From assembly GCF_009914755.1 (NCBI RefSeq), contig NC_060925.1: 64,000 bases of DNA. One strand, given 5' to 3'. The position numbers were made by a program, and so were the translations under genes. This document shows positions 1 to 32,095 of this stretch, one piece after another; position 1 is the stretch's first letter; the number at the start of each line of letters is the position of its first letter. The DNA is from the human T2T-CHM13v2.0 reference genome, Homo sapiens. The notes beneath the pieces were generated by a model, which saw nothing but the letters and a program-made list of their open reading frames with translations, did no database searches and was not told the DNA's origin.

Positions 1-3000
1 TTGACCCAATGCTCATTCAGGAGCAGGTTATTTAATTTCCATGTATTTGCATGGTTTTGAAGATTCCCTTTGGAGTTGATTTCCAGTTTTATTCCACTGT
101 GGTCCGATAGTGTGTTTGATATAATTTTAATTTTCTTAAATTTATTGAGGCTCATTTTATGGCCTATCATGTGGTCCATTTTGGAGAAAGTTCCATGCAC
201 GGTTGAATAGAATGTGTATTGTGAGGTTGTTGGAAGAAATTTTCTGTATGTATCTGTTAAGTCCATTTGTTCCAAAGTATAGTTAATCCATTGTTTATTT
301 GTTGATTTTCTGTCTTAATGACCTGTCTAGTGTTGTCAGTGGAGTATTGAAGTCCTCCAGCATTATTGTATTGCAGTCTATCTCATTTCTTAGGTCTATT
401 AGTAATTATTTTATAAATTTGGGAGCTCCAGTGTTAGGTGCATATATGTTTAGGATTGTGATATTTTCCTGTTGGACAAGCCTTTTATCATTATATAATG
501 TCCCTCTTTGTCTCTTTTAACCACTGTTGCTTTAAAGTTTGTTTTGTCTGATATAAGAATAGTTACCTCTGGTCGCTTTTGGTGTCCATTTGCATGAAAT
601 GGCTTTTTCCACCCATTTACTTTAACTTTATGTGAGTCCTTATGTGTTCGGTGAGTCTCCTGAAGACAGTGGATAGTTGATTGGTGAGTTCTTATCTGTT
701 CTGCAGTTCTGTATCTTTTAAGTGGAGCATTTAGGTGATTTACATTCAATGTTAGTATTGAAATGTGAGGTAATCCTTGCGTTCATCGTACTCTTTGTTG
801 CCTGTGTACTTTGTTATTTTTTTGTTTTTGTTTTTTGCTTTTGCTTTTTACCTTGTATTTTTGTTTTGTAGGTCCTGTATGATTTATGCTTTAAAGAGGT
901 TCTGTTTTGGTGTGTTTCCAGGCTTCGTTTCAAGATTTAGACCTCCTTTTAGCAGTTCTTATAGTGGTGGCTTGGTAATGGTGAATTCTCTCAGCAATTT
1001 TGTCTGAAAATGACTGTTTCTTTCCTTTACGTTTGATGCTTAGTTTTGCTGGAAACAGAATTCTTGGCTGATAATTGTTTTGTTTGAAGAGGCTAAAGAT
1101 AGGGCCGCATTGCCTTCTGGCTTGTACGGTTTCTGCTGAGAAATCTGCTAGGTTAGTCTGATATGTTTTCCTTTATAGGTTACCTGGTGCTTCTGTCTCA
1201 CAGCTCTTAAGATTTTTTTCCTTCATCTTAACTTTGGATAACCTGATGACAATGTGCCTAGGTGAAGATCTTTTTGTGATGAATTTCCCAGGTATTCTTT
1301 GTGCTTCTTATATTTGCATGTGTAGGTCTCTAGCTAGGTTGGGGAAGTTTTCCTCAATTATTCCCCCAAATATGTTTTCCAAGCTTTTAGAATTCTCTTC
1401 TTCCCCAGGAACACCCATTATTCTTAGGTTTGGTCATTTAACATGATCCCAGACTTCTTGGAGGATTTGTTCATATTTTCGTATTCTTTTTTCTTTGTCT
1501 TTGTTGGATTGGGTTAATTCAAAGACCTTGTCTTTGAGCTCTGAATTTCTTTCTTGTACTTGTTCAATTCTGTTGCTGAGACTTTCCAAAGCATTTTGCA
1601 TTTCTAAAAGCGTGTCCAAAGTTTCCTGAATTGTGGATTGTTTTCCTTTAAGCTGTCTATTTCATTGAATATTTATCCCTTCACTTCTTGTATCATTTTT
1701 TTGGATTTCCTTGCATTGGGCTTCACCTTTCTCTGGTCCTTCCCTGATTAGCTTAGTAACTAACCTCCTGAATTCTTTTTCAGATAAATCGGGATTTCTT
1801 CTTGGTTTGGATCCATTGCTGGTGAACCAGGATGATTTTTGGGGGGTGTTGAAGGGCCTTGTTTTGTCATATAACCAGAGTTGGTTTTCTGGTTCCTTCT
1901 CATTTGGGTAGGCTCTGTCAGAGAGAAGGTCTAAGGCTGAAGGCTGTTGTTCAGATTCTTTTGTCCCATGGGGTGTTCCCCTGATGTAGTACTCTCCCCC
2001 TTTTCCTATGGGTATGGCTTCCTGTGAGCCAAACTGCAGTGATTGTCGTCTCTCTTCTGAGTCTAGCCAGCCAGTGTGTCTGCCCAGCTCTGGGCTGGTA
2101 TTGGGGGTTTTCTGTACAGAGTCCTGTGATGTGGACCATCTATGGGTCTCTGAGCCATGGATACTAAGGGAAGAAAACACCCCTCATATTGTCTTATGCC
2201 CAATTTCTGCCTCCAAAGAAAGAAGAAGTAAAAATTAAAAGGCAGAAATGAAATCCACAAGCAGACAGTTCAGCGCCACACCCTGGGCCTGGTAATTAAA
2301 GATTGACCCCTGACCTAATTGGTTATGCTATCTACAGATTACAGACATTGTATAGAAAAGCACTGTGAAAATCCCTGTCCTGTTCTGTTCCGTTCCGTTC
2401 TAATTACCAGTGCATGTAGCCCGCAGTCATGTACCCCCTGCTTGCTCAATCAATCACGACCCTCTCACGTGGACCCCCTTAGAGTTGTGAGCCCTTAAAA
2501 GGGACAGGAATTGCTCACTCAGGGAGCTCGGTTGTTGGAGACGTGAGTCTTACCAAAGCTCCTGGCTGAATAAAGCCCTTCCTTCTTTAACTCAGTGTCT
2601 GAGGGGTTTTGTTGGTGGCTTGTCCTCCTACAATACCAGTGCCTGTTTCAGTGGAGGTGGTGGAGGGTGAAATGGACTTCATGAGGGTCCTTGGTTTTGG
2701 TGGTTTAATGCTCTATTTTTGTGCTGGTTGGCCTCCTGAAAGGAGGTGGCACTTTCCAGAAAGTATCAGTGGGAGAGGGACTGGTGGTGGGCAGGGTCCT
2801 AGAACTCCCAAGATTAAATGACCTTTGTCTTCAGCTACCAGGGTGGATGGAGAAGGACCATCAGGTCAGGGCGGGGCTAGGAGTGTCTGAGCTCAGACTC
2901 TCCATGGCTGGATCTTGCTATGGCTGCTGTGGGGGATGGGGGTGAGATTCCCAGGTCACTGGAGTTGTGTACCTAGGAGGATTATGGCTGCCTCTCCTGA

Positions 3001-3670
3001 GTCATGCAGGTTGTCAGGGGAGTGGGAGAAGCTGGCAGTCACAGGCCTCACCCAGCTCCGATGCAAACTGGAAGGCCGGTCTCACTCCCACTGTGCCCTT
3101 CTCCCTGCCAACAGCTCTGAGTCTGTTTCCAGGCAGAGGGCAAGAGGGGCGGGCTTAAAATTTGGCTGAGGCTTTCTGCTCAGCCAAAAAGAAAAGGACT
3201 TTAGTTCTTCACCAGCCTGTGAAGTTTGCATGCTGGATTTGTGCCCTCCCCGAGTTCTGGCAGGAGGCTTCTCGCCCCATTCAAATTGTTACAAAGTTTG
3301 GTTGGAGAATTTCTTCTTTCTGTGGAGTTTTACCTGTTGCTCCTCTGGCTGACCTCCCGATAGATCCCTGTGGTGCCAGGCAGGAATGGCCTGCCTGGGG
3401 ACACAGTGAGCTCCCAGGGCCTTCCAACTGCTTCCTCTACCCCTGTATTTTGCTCGGCTCTCTAACTTGACTCAGCTTCAGGTAAAGTCGGAAACTCCTC
3501 CTGAACACAAACCTTCAGCTTCTCCAGTGGGGGTGTGTGTTCCAGAGAGGAGGGTCTCCCTTTCCCACTTCTGCAGTTGGGGCAGTCAGAATATTTGGAG
3601 TGTTTCCTGGGTCCTGCAGGAGCAGTCTGCCTCCTTCAGAGGGTCTGTGGGTCCTCTTGGGATTCATCGT
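1..3670 (-). mobile_element. Old primate L1 (L1PB-like) 5' portion: 5'UTR, ORF1 and ORF2 endonuclease; decayed; continues off the window
   Basis: ORF track 450..749 (EN domain: LNAPLKR, CLQETH, DKEGHYIMIKG) and 1434..1619 (ORF1 coiled coil); GC-richer 5'UTR. Confidence 0.85.
2165..2632 (+). mobile_element. Solo LTR2 (HERV-E family) nested in the L1
   Basis: TAAGGG...CCTACA termini, 4-bp TSD ATAC (2161-2164/2633-2636), AATAAA near 2568; resembles the LTR2 consensus as I recall it. Confidence 0.8.
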
Positions 3671-3799
3671 GTAATATTTTGAAACACTACATAATTATTT
3701 CAAGATTCTAACATATACAATCTAATCCTTATGATTCTTATAAATGTAAGTAAAATAAGGCAGATATAAAATGAAACTTTGACCAATGTTTCTATAAAC

Positions 3800-4001
3800 A
3801 AAGGTCTGCAAACTATAGCTTGTGTGTGCCACCTGGTTTTGAAAATTAAGTGTTATTGGCACATAGCCCCACCCATTTACTTATGTATTGTCTATGGCTG
3901 CATTTGTACTGTATGCAGAGTTTAGTAGTTGAGACAGTTGACCTGCAAAGCCATAAATAATCACTATCTGGTATTTTACAGAAAAGTTAGCCAACCACTG
4001 C
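3800..4001 (+). mobile_element. MER58A-like hAT element (paralogous copy at about 49405-49615)
   Basis: Characteristic '...tattgtctatggctgc...tatctgg...tttacagaaaag' sequence. Confidence 0.65.
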
Positions 4002-4059
4002 TATAAAGACTCAAACCTTATTATTTGGTGAAAAACTAAAAAAAAAAAAATGGAAATAA

Positions 4060-5121
4060 AAAAACTAGTGAAACTTATTTTATTTCTAGTTTAGTTTATT
4101 TCTAGTTCAAAAATAATCTGTAATTGCTGTAAGAAATGTCAACCACTTACCTAGGATGTTTGACAATTGGGATGAAGTCTACATATACTAAGTAATGGCA
4201 AGACAATTATTTTATTGCTCAAAAGAAAGTCAAAAAAATTCCATATTCCCTTTGGGGAAAATTGGCAGGATTTCAAGTATGACCTTTAAGAATCAGGAAA
4301 AGACTAACTTATGCTTTAGGATTAAAACAATCAAATAATTAAATTAGTTCAATTTTCTAACATAGTCTCTATCTTCAGTTAAAGTGCATCATTGCATGTT
4401 ATACATTACTAAAATTACACAGTGCATAATTGTTACCATGTGACTATTTAATTCAGGGTCAACTGTCTAAAGGTCTCAGGTGTCACATTAAGGTTATAAT
4501 CTAGATGAATTGAACAAGAAAGAAAAGATTTCTTCATTAGCCAATTTGTTTATGATTCAATTCCTACTCTTGCTAATGATTTCTTTACCTTCCTATGGAA
4601 AATATAAGATTCTAGATCTCTGTATAAGATGGTTTGCTTTAGCTTGAGATCCATCAGTGAGAATTATCCATGGGCAATGTCCAGAAATCACATTATTGCT
4701 CATAGACCTTGTAGCCTTGATATAATGGAGAACTGTACACTGTCTTCCCTAGGAAGCTAGGATGGTTGTTTCTGATATTGGGACCCATTGTACACTTGGC
4801 CAAACCAGTGCCCAAATATGTCCCAAGATTTTTACCTAAGACTTTCCTCAGTATCCACTGGTCGTCTGGAAGAATAAACTTCTGAGTGGTGGCAACTCAT
4901 GATCCCTCCTCTGTTGGTACAGAGGTAAATGCATCTTTGTTGCACAATTTACAATCTTTTTAAGGAAAAAACATGATTTTGATCATTGAACTGCATGTTC
5001 TTGTAAACTTTTAGTGTTATGATGCAAGATCTAATTATTATCAAATATAGTGACACTTGTTCCAAATTCTAAAATTGTTTCAGTTATGCCTTGGGTTAGG
5101 ATGACAGAAAAGCTCTGTTGT
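4060..5121 (-). other. GBP3: GBP3 3'UTR with tandem AATAAA signals (4095-4100 and 4079-4084)
   Basis: Two TTTATT on the + strand; colinear homology with the GBP1 3'UTR; cleavage site approximate. Confidence 0.7.
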
Positions 5122-18119
<12,998 letters not shown>

Positions 18120-18898
18120 GTCCAGGGCATTGTTCTCTTGTCTGCAAGGGAAGAGTTGGAATGAATTAGAATTTCCAGTCTTTTGCATTTAGAGGATAGA
18201 GTCACAGAATTCCCCAGGATGGCCAAAAGTTTTGTGTGTGTCAGTGAGAGAGATGAGGGAAAATGTGTATCATTTTAAAAAATTATGGAAGTATTATCAT
18301 CAAATTAAATATTGGTATGACAGTAACTTATCAACAGTCAACTACTCTTGCAACCTAGAACTTTCATTTAATTTATTATGGAAAAGCTTCCCTTGGATTC
18401 TCATTAAAAAATTTACACTAGACAATAAATGGAAGATAAAATAGGATATAGAGAATTTTTTTTACATCCTGGCTATATGTAAGAAATTAAATATTGATTT
18501 GTTTATTCATGAATTCTTATGATGAATAAAGACCCCCATGAGTAAATGTTTCATTGTTTGACATATGCCCTTAGGACAATTTCCAGAGATTTATAAATGT
18601 GTTCCTTCCTCCATTTTCAACTGGTTATGCTTATTTCACTGTAATGAGGATCCACAAAACTTCTCACAGTGCCATTCTGGAAGTGGAACCAATGTAACAT
18701 ACTTTTGCAAATTCTATACAACTACATAACCATGTGAAACACATGGCTAGGGACCTTTCCAAGGGCTTTGAAGGGGCACGTGCAAGAGAGGGGCCCTGAA
18801 ACTTAAGCTTCATTAGCGTCATGATAAGGTAGCCTCTAACTCAGTGTGGGTATAAATGCAAAACTGCCAATACTGAATGTTGCTAAGAAACACGCATG

Positions 18899-18904
18899 CG
18901 CGCA

Positions 18905-18945
<41 letters not shown>
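18899..18945. repeat. (CG/CA)n microsatellite, GBP3 intron 1
   Basis: Visible dinucleotide run. Confidence 0.95.
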
Positions 18946-18947
<2 letters not shown>

Positions 18948-19187
18948 CCCAAAAAAACCAAACCAAACAAACAACAGCAACAACAAAAAACCCCATGAAA
19001 TAAGGACTGAAAGACCAGGAAGCACATAAAGAGAGCTACATGGGAAGATGTGAAAAGAAAATAAATTTCCAGCAATACAGCTTTAGGTTTTCTGTTTTGT
19101 TCTGTTTTTCCATTTTGTAGAGTAGGAGAAAGAGAAATGGGAAGAGGAGAAATAGAAGTGAGGAGGACGAGGAGAAAGGGCTGGAAA

Positions 19188-19190
<3 letters not shown>

Positions 19191-19238
<48 letters not shown>
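19191..19238. repeat. (GA)n microsatellite, GBP3 intron 1
   Basis: Visible run; the paralogous site in GBP1 is (GT)n(GA)n. Confidence 0.95.
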
Positions 19239-19241
<3 letters not shown>

Positions 19242-20088
19242 TGCCAGCAAGGGAGATGTCAGACAAGGTGATGAGTGAAGCTAGTGTTTTGCCAAGGAAT
19301 TCAGGGGAGGAGTTTTCAGAAGGTGGGATCTAAGTCGTCTGAGTGCGTGGGAGAGGTTAAAGTAAGCAAAGATACCGGCTTTAGTAGTGATGCATTACAG
19401 GAAATTCTCCTGTAAATTCTCCAGAGGAAAAACTAGGCCACCGCCCTCTCTCTCTCTCAAAAAAAAAAAGAAGAAAAAAAAGGAGAGGAAGCTCTTTAGC
19501 CTGGATTATTTCTAGAGAAACAATCTGAAACAAAGTTCAAATGTGTAATAAAAAGTATACTGTTTTCATGAATGTTCCTCTTTGATGCTGGGTTTCAGTT
19601 TTTTCTTTGTCTATAACCGTGTCAGTGGGCTGCTAGTACTCTGCATTACCTTTGCTGTTCTTTCCTTCTGGTGAAAAGAACCCATTTGTAGCTCTTTCCA
19701 TTTCTTAGCTGCATAGGAGCAGGATTCAGCAAGCTCCATCACTGACAATGGAAATGTAATCATGTCCCTAGTCAACACAGACAATGTCAACAAAGAGAAA
19801 GACTATCCTAGTGCATTTCAAACTCTCAGTTTAGTTGCTGTCTGCTGGTGCCTAATTCAACACAAGCACTGTAGTGGCACTTAGAGCCATGGTACTTCTG
19901 ATAACACCATGATTTTATCTGACCTGTGTCTCACATCAGGCTCAGCTGCAGCCTAATTTGGTCCTGGTCATTTTTAAGAAAATGAACTGACTTATAAATT
20001 CCTTCCCATCCTTGCCACAACGTTATAGGCTCCACGTCCCTGAGCTGAGGTACTTCAGAGCTGGAGAGGAAGCAATAGGAGTTCTTAC

Positions 20089-20230
20089 CTGTGCTTTTAT
20101 CTTCAGTCCAGGTAAAGTTGTTTCTGTCACTTCTCTTTTCTTTCGCTGGATCGCTGGACTTTTATTTCACCCCTTCAGTGTTGTGTAGCTTTCTGGATTT
20201 TCCTCAGTGATCAAATAATTAGAAGTTAAG
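20089..20230 (-). other. GBP3: GBP3 non-coding exon 1 (TSS approximate)
   Basis: Donor CAG|GTAAG at 20089/20088; homologous to GBP1 exon 1; lies just downstream of the ISRE; 5' end not defined from sequence alone. Confidence 0.75.
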
Positions 20231-20259
20231 CAACCTTTGTAATGGCTTCAGAGCCTAAT

Positions 20260-20271
20260 GAAACTGAAAGT
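20260..20271. promoter_or_regulatory. GBP3 promoter ISRE/IRF-E (GAAACTGAAAGT)
   Basis: Identical to the GBP1 ISRE; matches GAAANNGAAA. Confidence 0.85.
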
Positions 20272-20277
20272 ACTTCT

Positions 20278-20294
20278 TTCAAGGAAGTGACTCA
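20278..20294. promoter_or_regulatory. Candidate GAS (TTCAAGGAA, 20278-20286) plus AP-1 (TGACTCA, 20288-20294) in the GBP3 promoter
   Basis: Exact consensus matches next to the ISRE; function inferred. Confidence 0.55.
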
Positions 20295-21234
20295 GTAACC
20301 ATAAATGCAATTTCTGGATTCTGCTAGTAGGAGGGTTTAAAGTCAAGTTTCAAAGTTTTTTTGTTGGAAGAGATCTTAGAGACCATTTATTGTTTTAAAA
20401 ACATGTCCATTAGGTATTGAAAAAAATGGAATATATTTTAAGATTGGAGATCTGTTTGAGAATTGTAGAATTAGGAGGCATCACATTAATTCTTAGATAT
20501 AATTTCCTATAACAGGAGACAATTCACAATGGAGCTGCCTATTCTTTTAGAGGTGCAGTAGGTGAGGAAAGAGCATGTTTTACACACTCATGAACACCTA
20601 GTCCCTGGCACTTAATGCCCAGCACACAGTCAGGAGGGGGCTCCATGCATTGTACTCAAGTTCCAGGCTCAGTGCTGACTGCTTTACATGAATTACACTA
20701 CTTAAATCTCATAACAAGTATTTCCCTATGATTTTATAGAAACCAAGGCACAGAAAGACTTTATCAGTTGTCTAAACTCATAGCACTATAACTAATCTGA
20801 ACCCAGGGATTCCTGATCCCAAACTCTCTTCTTGAACCACCTTACTGTGCTGCCTCTGTTTGGTGAGTGAATAATTGTAAAAATATTTAATTTATAGATG
20901 CTTTTCCTCTTTTTATTTAGTATATTATAATTTGATTTTTCATAAATTGTTTTCTAAGAGCGTCATATGTTATGTATCTATTTCATTCATGACTACTTAC
21001 ATGCAGAATAGGTGGTATTAACTCTATTTTACAGTAAAAACAAATTGTAAAAAACCCTTGTGAGCATTTATTTGTTAATTTAGTTACACACACATAAAAA
21101 ATTATACATTATGTATATATGAAATGAAATATATTGTTCTATCTTACTCATATTTTATAAAATAGTTTTATTCAAACTCTTCCTATTCTTCCTGAACACT
21201 GTAGCTTCATCATTATTAAAACTACTTTAGAGTA

Positions 21235-21540
<306 letters not shown>

Positions 21541-22869
21541 AAAATCTTTTAACCTATTTTTTCAGAGTATATCATTGTTACTTTCGTCATAATCATTTGA
21601 ACCATTTAAAATCTCTGCAAATTGTTGTAAAAACATATATCAAACAACAAAACATCTATTCAAGAAGACCCCTACAATTATGGTAGCAATAGCAAGAGTT
21701 GATGGTACTTGTTCCACAACCTGCTTCTTCCCCATCTTCAATTCAGATTGTCAAACGTTCCACTACAGCTGGGTATGGCCAAGAAGCCTGTTTTCCCTCT
21801 TCTTTCATCTTCCAGTCAGGGATAAAATATCCCATTAGGAGGGGCAGTCTATGAGCATTTCTCATTCCGTCCAACACCAAGTTGTAGAAACTAAATTCCT
21901 GGTGAGTGTGACCAGAAGTCAAGGGCTTTCAACCTCCCCTGCCCCATTCATACAGTGGAAGGTCTAACCCAGGCTTGTCAGCCTAAGAACACGGGATCTC
22001 TTCACTGTGGTTCATGTGTAGAGTGGAGTTTCCATGCTGAGAGAGACAAGCAAAGAAGACCAGAGGCTCCCACCCCTGTCCAGTGGAAGGGGCCATGGCT
22101 CAGAGGTTTTGCCCAGGAAAAGAGGCCATCCATAAAATCAAAGGGCTTGAAAGCTATTCCCCAAAATACCGACTTTGGTTGAAACAACATGTGGAAAAAT
22201 TCAAGCATAGAAACTTGAAGAAAATTATTGCTAGCTGATCTACTCTATGAGCAATACTAAAAGCTGATTTCAAGCAGAAAGCAAGTGACCTTTTCAAATG
22301 GTAATACAAATCCACCTGGACAAATAGTAAGGGAGTTATGTAATTATAAAAGACAGCATAAATGTATATTTTTTCCTTTCTCCTTGTAACTTATTTTAAA
22401 AAATAAGTATTTTATTGTATAAAAGAGTGTGTATATAAGTGTATTTCAAGGCCTATAACATATAGAAATGTATTACACTTAACAAGAATGACACAAGGGG
22501 AAAAGGTGGGAGCAAAGGTATATTGGAATGAAGAAACAATAGCAGATGTTAATTTGAACCTCTAGAAATAAGGAGAACTTGTAAGTAAGAAAATAAAAAT
22601 GAAAAGCTCTATAAATGTATACCTTTTTCTTCTGCTTCCTTAAAAGACATAAAATACTATGAATTAGTAATCATAACAGTGTATTATTGAGTTTGTAACA
22701 TATATAGATGTAATATATGTAATAATAATAGCACCAAAAGAGGGAAGAGCCAATAGTTATAGAGTTATTAGTATAATAATTCAGTATCTCACAGGAATTA
22801 ATTTGGCAAAAATTTCAGGCATCCTTTGGTGAGTTATGTATGTGATAATGCCTAGAACAATTACTAAGA

Positions 22870-24180
22870 AAATAATGGGTCTCAAATCAATAACCTAGTC
22901 TTTTACATTGAGACACTGGTAAAAAACCAAACTAAATCTGAAGCAAGCAGAAAGAAGAAAATGAAAAGTTTTGGAAATTAACAGAGTAGAAACCAATGAA
23001 ATAAAGAATAGAAGAAAAAAGTAGAGAAAGTCAATAAAACCAAAAGCTGTTTTTAGAAAAGATCAACAAAATTGACAAAGCTTTTAGTTAGACTGGCCAA
23101 AATGAAACAAAACAAAACAAAACAATCCTGAAAAACAGCAGAAGACTCAAATAACTAAAATTGAGAAGGAAACAGGAGGCATCACTACTGACTTTACAGA
23201 AATAAAAAAGATTGTAAGTAATACTATGAACAACAGTATGTCCACAAATTAAATTATACAAAATAGGCAAATTCCTAGAAAGACACAAACTACCAAAACT
23301 ATCTCAAGAAGAAATAGATCATCGAGTAAAAGTAACAAGTAAAGAGATTGAATTATGTATTCATCGATTTTCATGCTGCTATGATAAAATACCTGAGACT
23401 GGGTAATTTGTAAAGAAAAGAGGTTTAATTGACTCAGAGTTCTGCATGGCTGGGGAGGCCTCAGGAAACTTACAATCACGGCATAAGGCGGGAGAGAGAA
23501 TGAGAGCAGAGCAAATGGGGAAGCCCCTTATGAAACCATCAGATCTTATGAGAACTCACTCACTGTCATGAGAACAGCATGGAAGCAACTACCCTGTGAT
23601 TCAATGATCTCCACCTGGTCCTGCCCTTAACACTTGGGGATTATTACAATTTAAGGTGAGATTTGGGGGGGGACACAGAGCCAAACCATATCAATTATTA
23701 ATCATAAAACTACCACAAGAAAAGCATAACCCCAAATGACTTCACTGGCTACTTCTACTAAACAGGTAAAGAATAATTTATACAAGTTTCTTACAACCTT
23801 GACCAAAAATAGAAGAGCACAATTTCCCATTCAGTTTGAGGCAATATTACAATGCTATGAAACCCAAAGACATCATATTTAAAGTGTAGACCACTACGTT
23901 TTATGAAAAAGGATGCAAAAATCCTCAATAAAATACTAGCAAACCAAATCCCACAAAAGTATACCAAACTTATATGAAGTGGGATTTATCCTATGAAAGC
24001 AAGTATGGTTTAACATGTGAAAATCAATTAATATAAAACACCATGTCAACAGAATGAAGGACAAAAACCATATAATCATCTCAATATACACAGGAAAAGC
24101 ATTTGATAAAATTTGATACCGCTTCCTGATAAACACAGTCAACACACTGAGAACAAAAGGGAACATTCTCAACTTTATAA
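22870..24180 (+). mobile_element. Old L1M ORF2 fragment (may extend upstream to about 21700)
   Basis: 'gatgcaaaaatcctcaataaaatactagcaaacc' (DAKILNKILAN) and 'gaaaagcatttgataaaat' (EKAFDK) motifs. Confidence 0.75.
23356..23693 (-). mobile_element. THE1/MST MaLR solo LTR nested in the L1
   Basis: Minus strand starts TGATATGGTTTGGCTCTGTGTCCCC; typical THE1 body. Confidence 0.85.
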
Positions 24181-24459
24181 TGTCCTATGAAGTTTTATTT
24201 TGATATAATTTTAGACTTCAGAAAAGTGGCAAAATAGTACAAAGTTTCTGTACAGTCTTCCCCTCAGTTCCCCATATGTTATCATTTTAAATTTATTTTC
24301 TTTCTGTCTGAACTATTCAAGGGTTAGTGACAGACATAATGGCTTTTTATACCTAAAAACTTCAGTGTGTGTTTCTTAAAAAAGAGAAATTATTTTACAG
24401 AGCCACAGTATATTTGTGTAAAGTCCTTCTTAGGCCATAGACTTTTTTTCTAGTTTTTT

Positions 24460-24840
24460 ATTTATTTATTTTTTTATACTTCAACTCTTAAGTTCAGGGG
24501 TACATGTGCAGGATGTGCAGGTTTGTTACACAGGTAAATGTGTGCCATGGTGGTTTGCTGCACAGATCATCCCATCACCTAGGTATTAAGCCCAGCATAC
24601 CTTAGCTACTCTTCGTAATGCTGTCCCTTCCCAAAATCCCACCCCAACAGGCCCCAGTGTGTATGTTCCTCACCATGTGTCCATGTGTTCTCATTATTCA
24701 GCTCCCACTTATAAGTGAGAACACAGGGTGTTTGGTTTTGTGTTTCTGTGTTAGTTTGCTGAGGATAATGGCTTCCAACTTCCATCTCCATCCATGACCC
24801 TGCAAAGGACATGATCTCGTTCCTTTTTATGGCTGCATAG
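24460..24840 (-). mobile_element. L1PA 3' end fragment
   Basis: 'gggtacatgtgcaggatgtgcaggtttgttac' L1 3'UTR. Confidence 0.85.
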
Positions 24841-25149
24841 TTAACAGCTGGAATTCTGTGTCTCCTTCTTGGAGGGAAAACAATATGTAACAGACTCTTT
24901 AGACCTGTTCTTGCAAGTGTAACATGGATATGTGTCCTTAAGAAGAAAATATTAGTAGTTAATATCTGAATTTCTCTGCCCATCTACTTTACTGGGAAAT
25001 GATAGAAGGTTGATTCAGGATTGGTGGAATCCTTTGGTGTCATTCTTGAAGCTCTTTAAGGTGAGGGACTGGAGCACTCGGTGTTGGGACTACCTACTCG
25101 TGCATTTGTCCCTGAGATAATAAACACTATTCACAAATTTTAAAATGTT

Positions 25150-25570
25150 CAAACTATTATGAGATCTTGGTTGGCATATCCCAGAACTAAAAGTCTGCAT
25201 ATGGTGTTTAGTTGGTAAATAATATTTACAAGAACAGATTTATTTACAAGGCATGGTTTTCCAACTGAGTGAATATAGAAGAACTCTCAAAATATGTTAA
25301 AGACTCCACGGAGCATATGAAGGCTTGAGTTTTTTTAATTCAATGTAAATCAAATAAAAGCACTTACCAAAGTGTTGAAGAACATTTGTTATCATTTTGA
25401 ATGAATAGTGGCAATTATTGTATTTTAATTGAGGCTTGGTCTACATGAGGTTATGATTGAAAGTGACATTCCTGGAATAATGGATATTTCATGAGAATCA
25501 TGAAACTATTTGCTGAATTTGATTCATTTTTACATGACTATCTGGAAAAAAGCCAAAATCAAAAAAAGAC
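25150..25570 (+). mobile_element. Possible hAT (Tip100/Zaphod-like) transposase relic
   Basis: From 25476 the sequence translates NNGYFMRIMKLFAEFDSFLHDYLEK, resembling the hAT 'NGNFLxLLxxxxxFDPFLxxHL' motif. Confidence 0.4.
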
Positions 25571-25936
25571 AAATGTGTCATCTGTATTCAAAATAGAGTA
25601 GAATGAATTAATCAAAACAAAAAATATAAAAATATTTGGAAAAAAACCAGACCCCCAAATACTAGTCCAGTATTGTAAGTTTTTCATGAGATTGGACAAA
25701 TACTAATCAATTAACGATTATTATGAGTTGAAGGTATTATAGAAAACCCTGAAAGTTTGTAAATGTTTTCATTTCTTGCCACCTGAAAACAATCTTTCTG
25801 TGAGAAAGTGGAATATACTCGTTCTGGATGTTTGCAACATTCTATTGGACAGTATTTGTGGACAGTAGTATAACTATATCATATGACAATATAGCTATTA
25901 TGAAAAGTAAAGATAAAGGATTGCATGCACTTTTTA

Positions 25937-32095
<6,159 letters not shown>

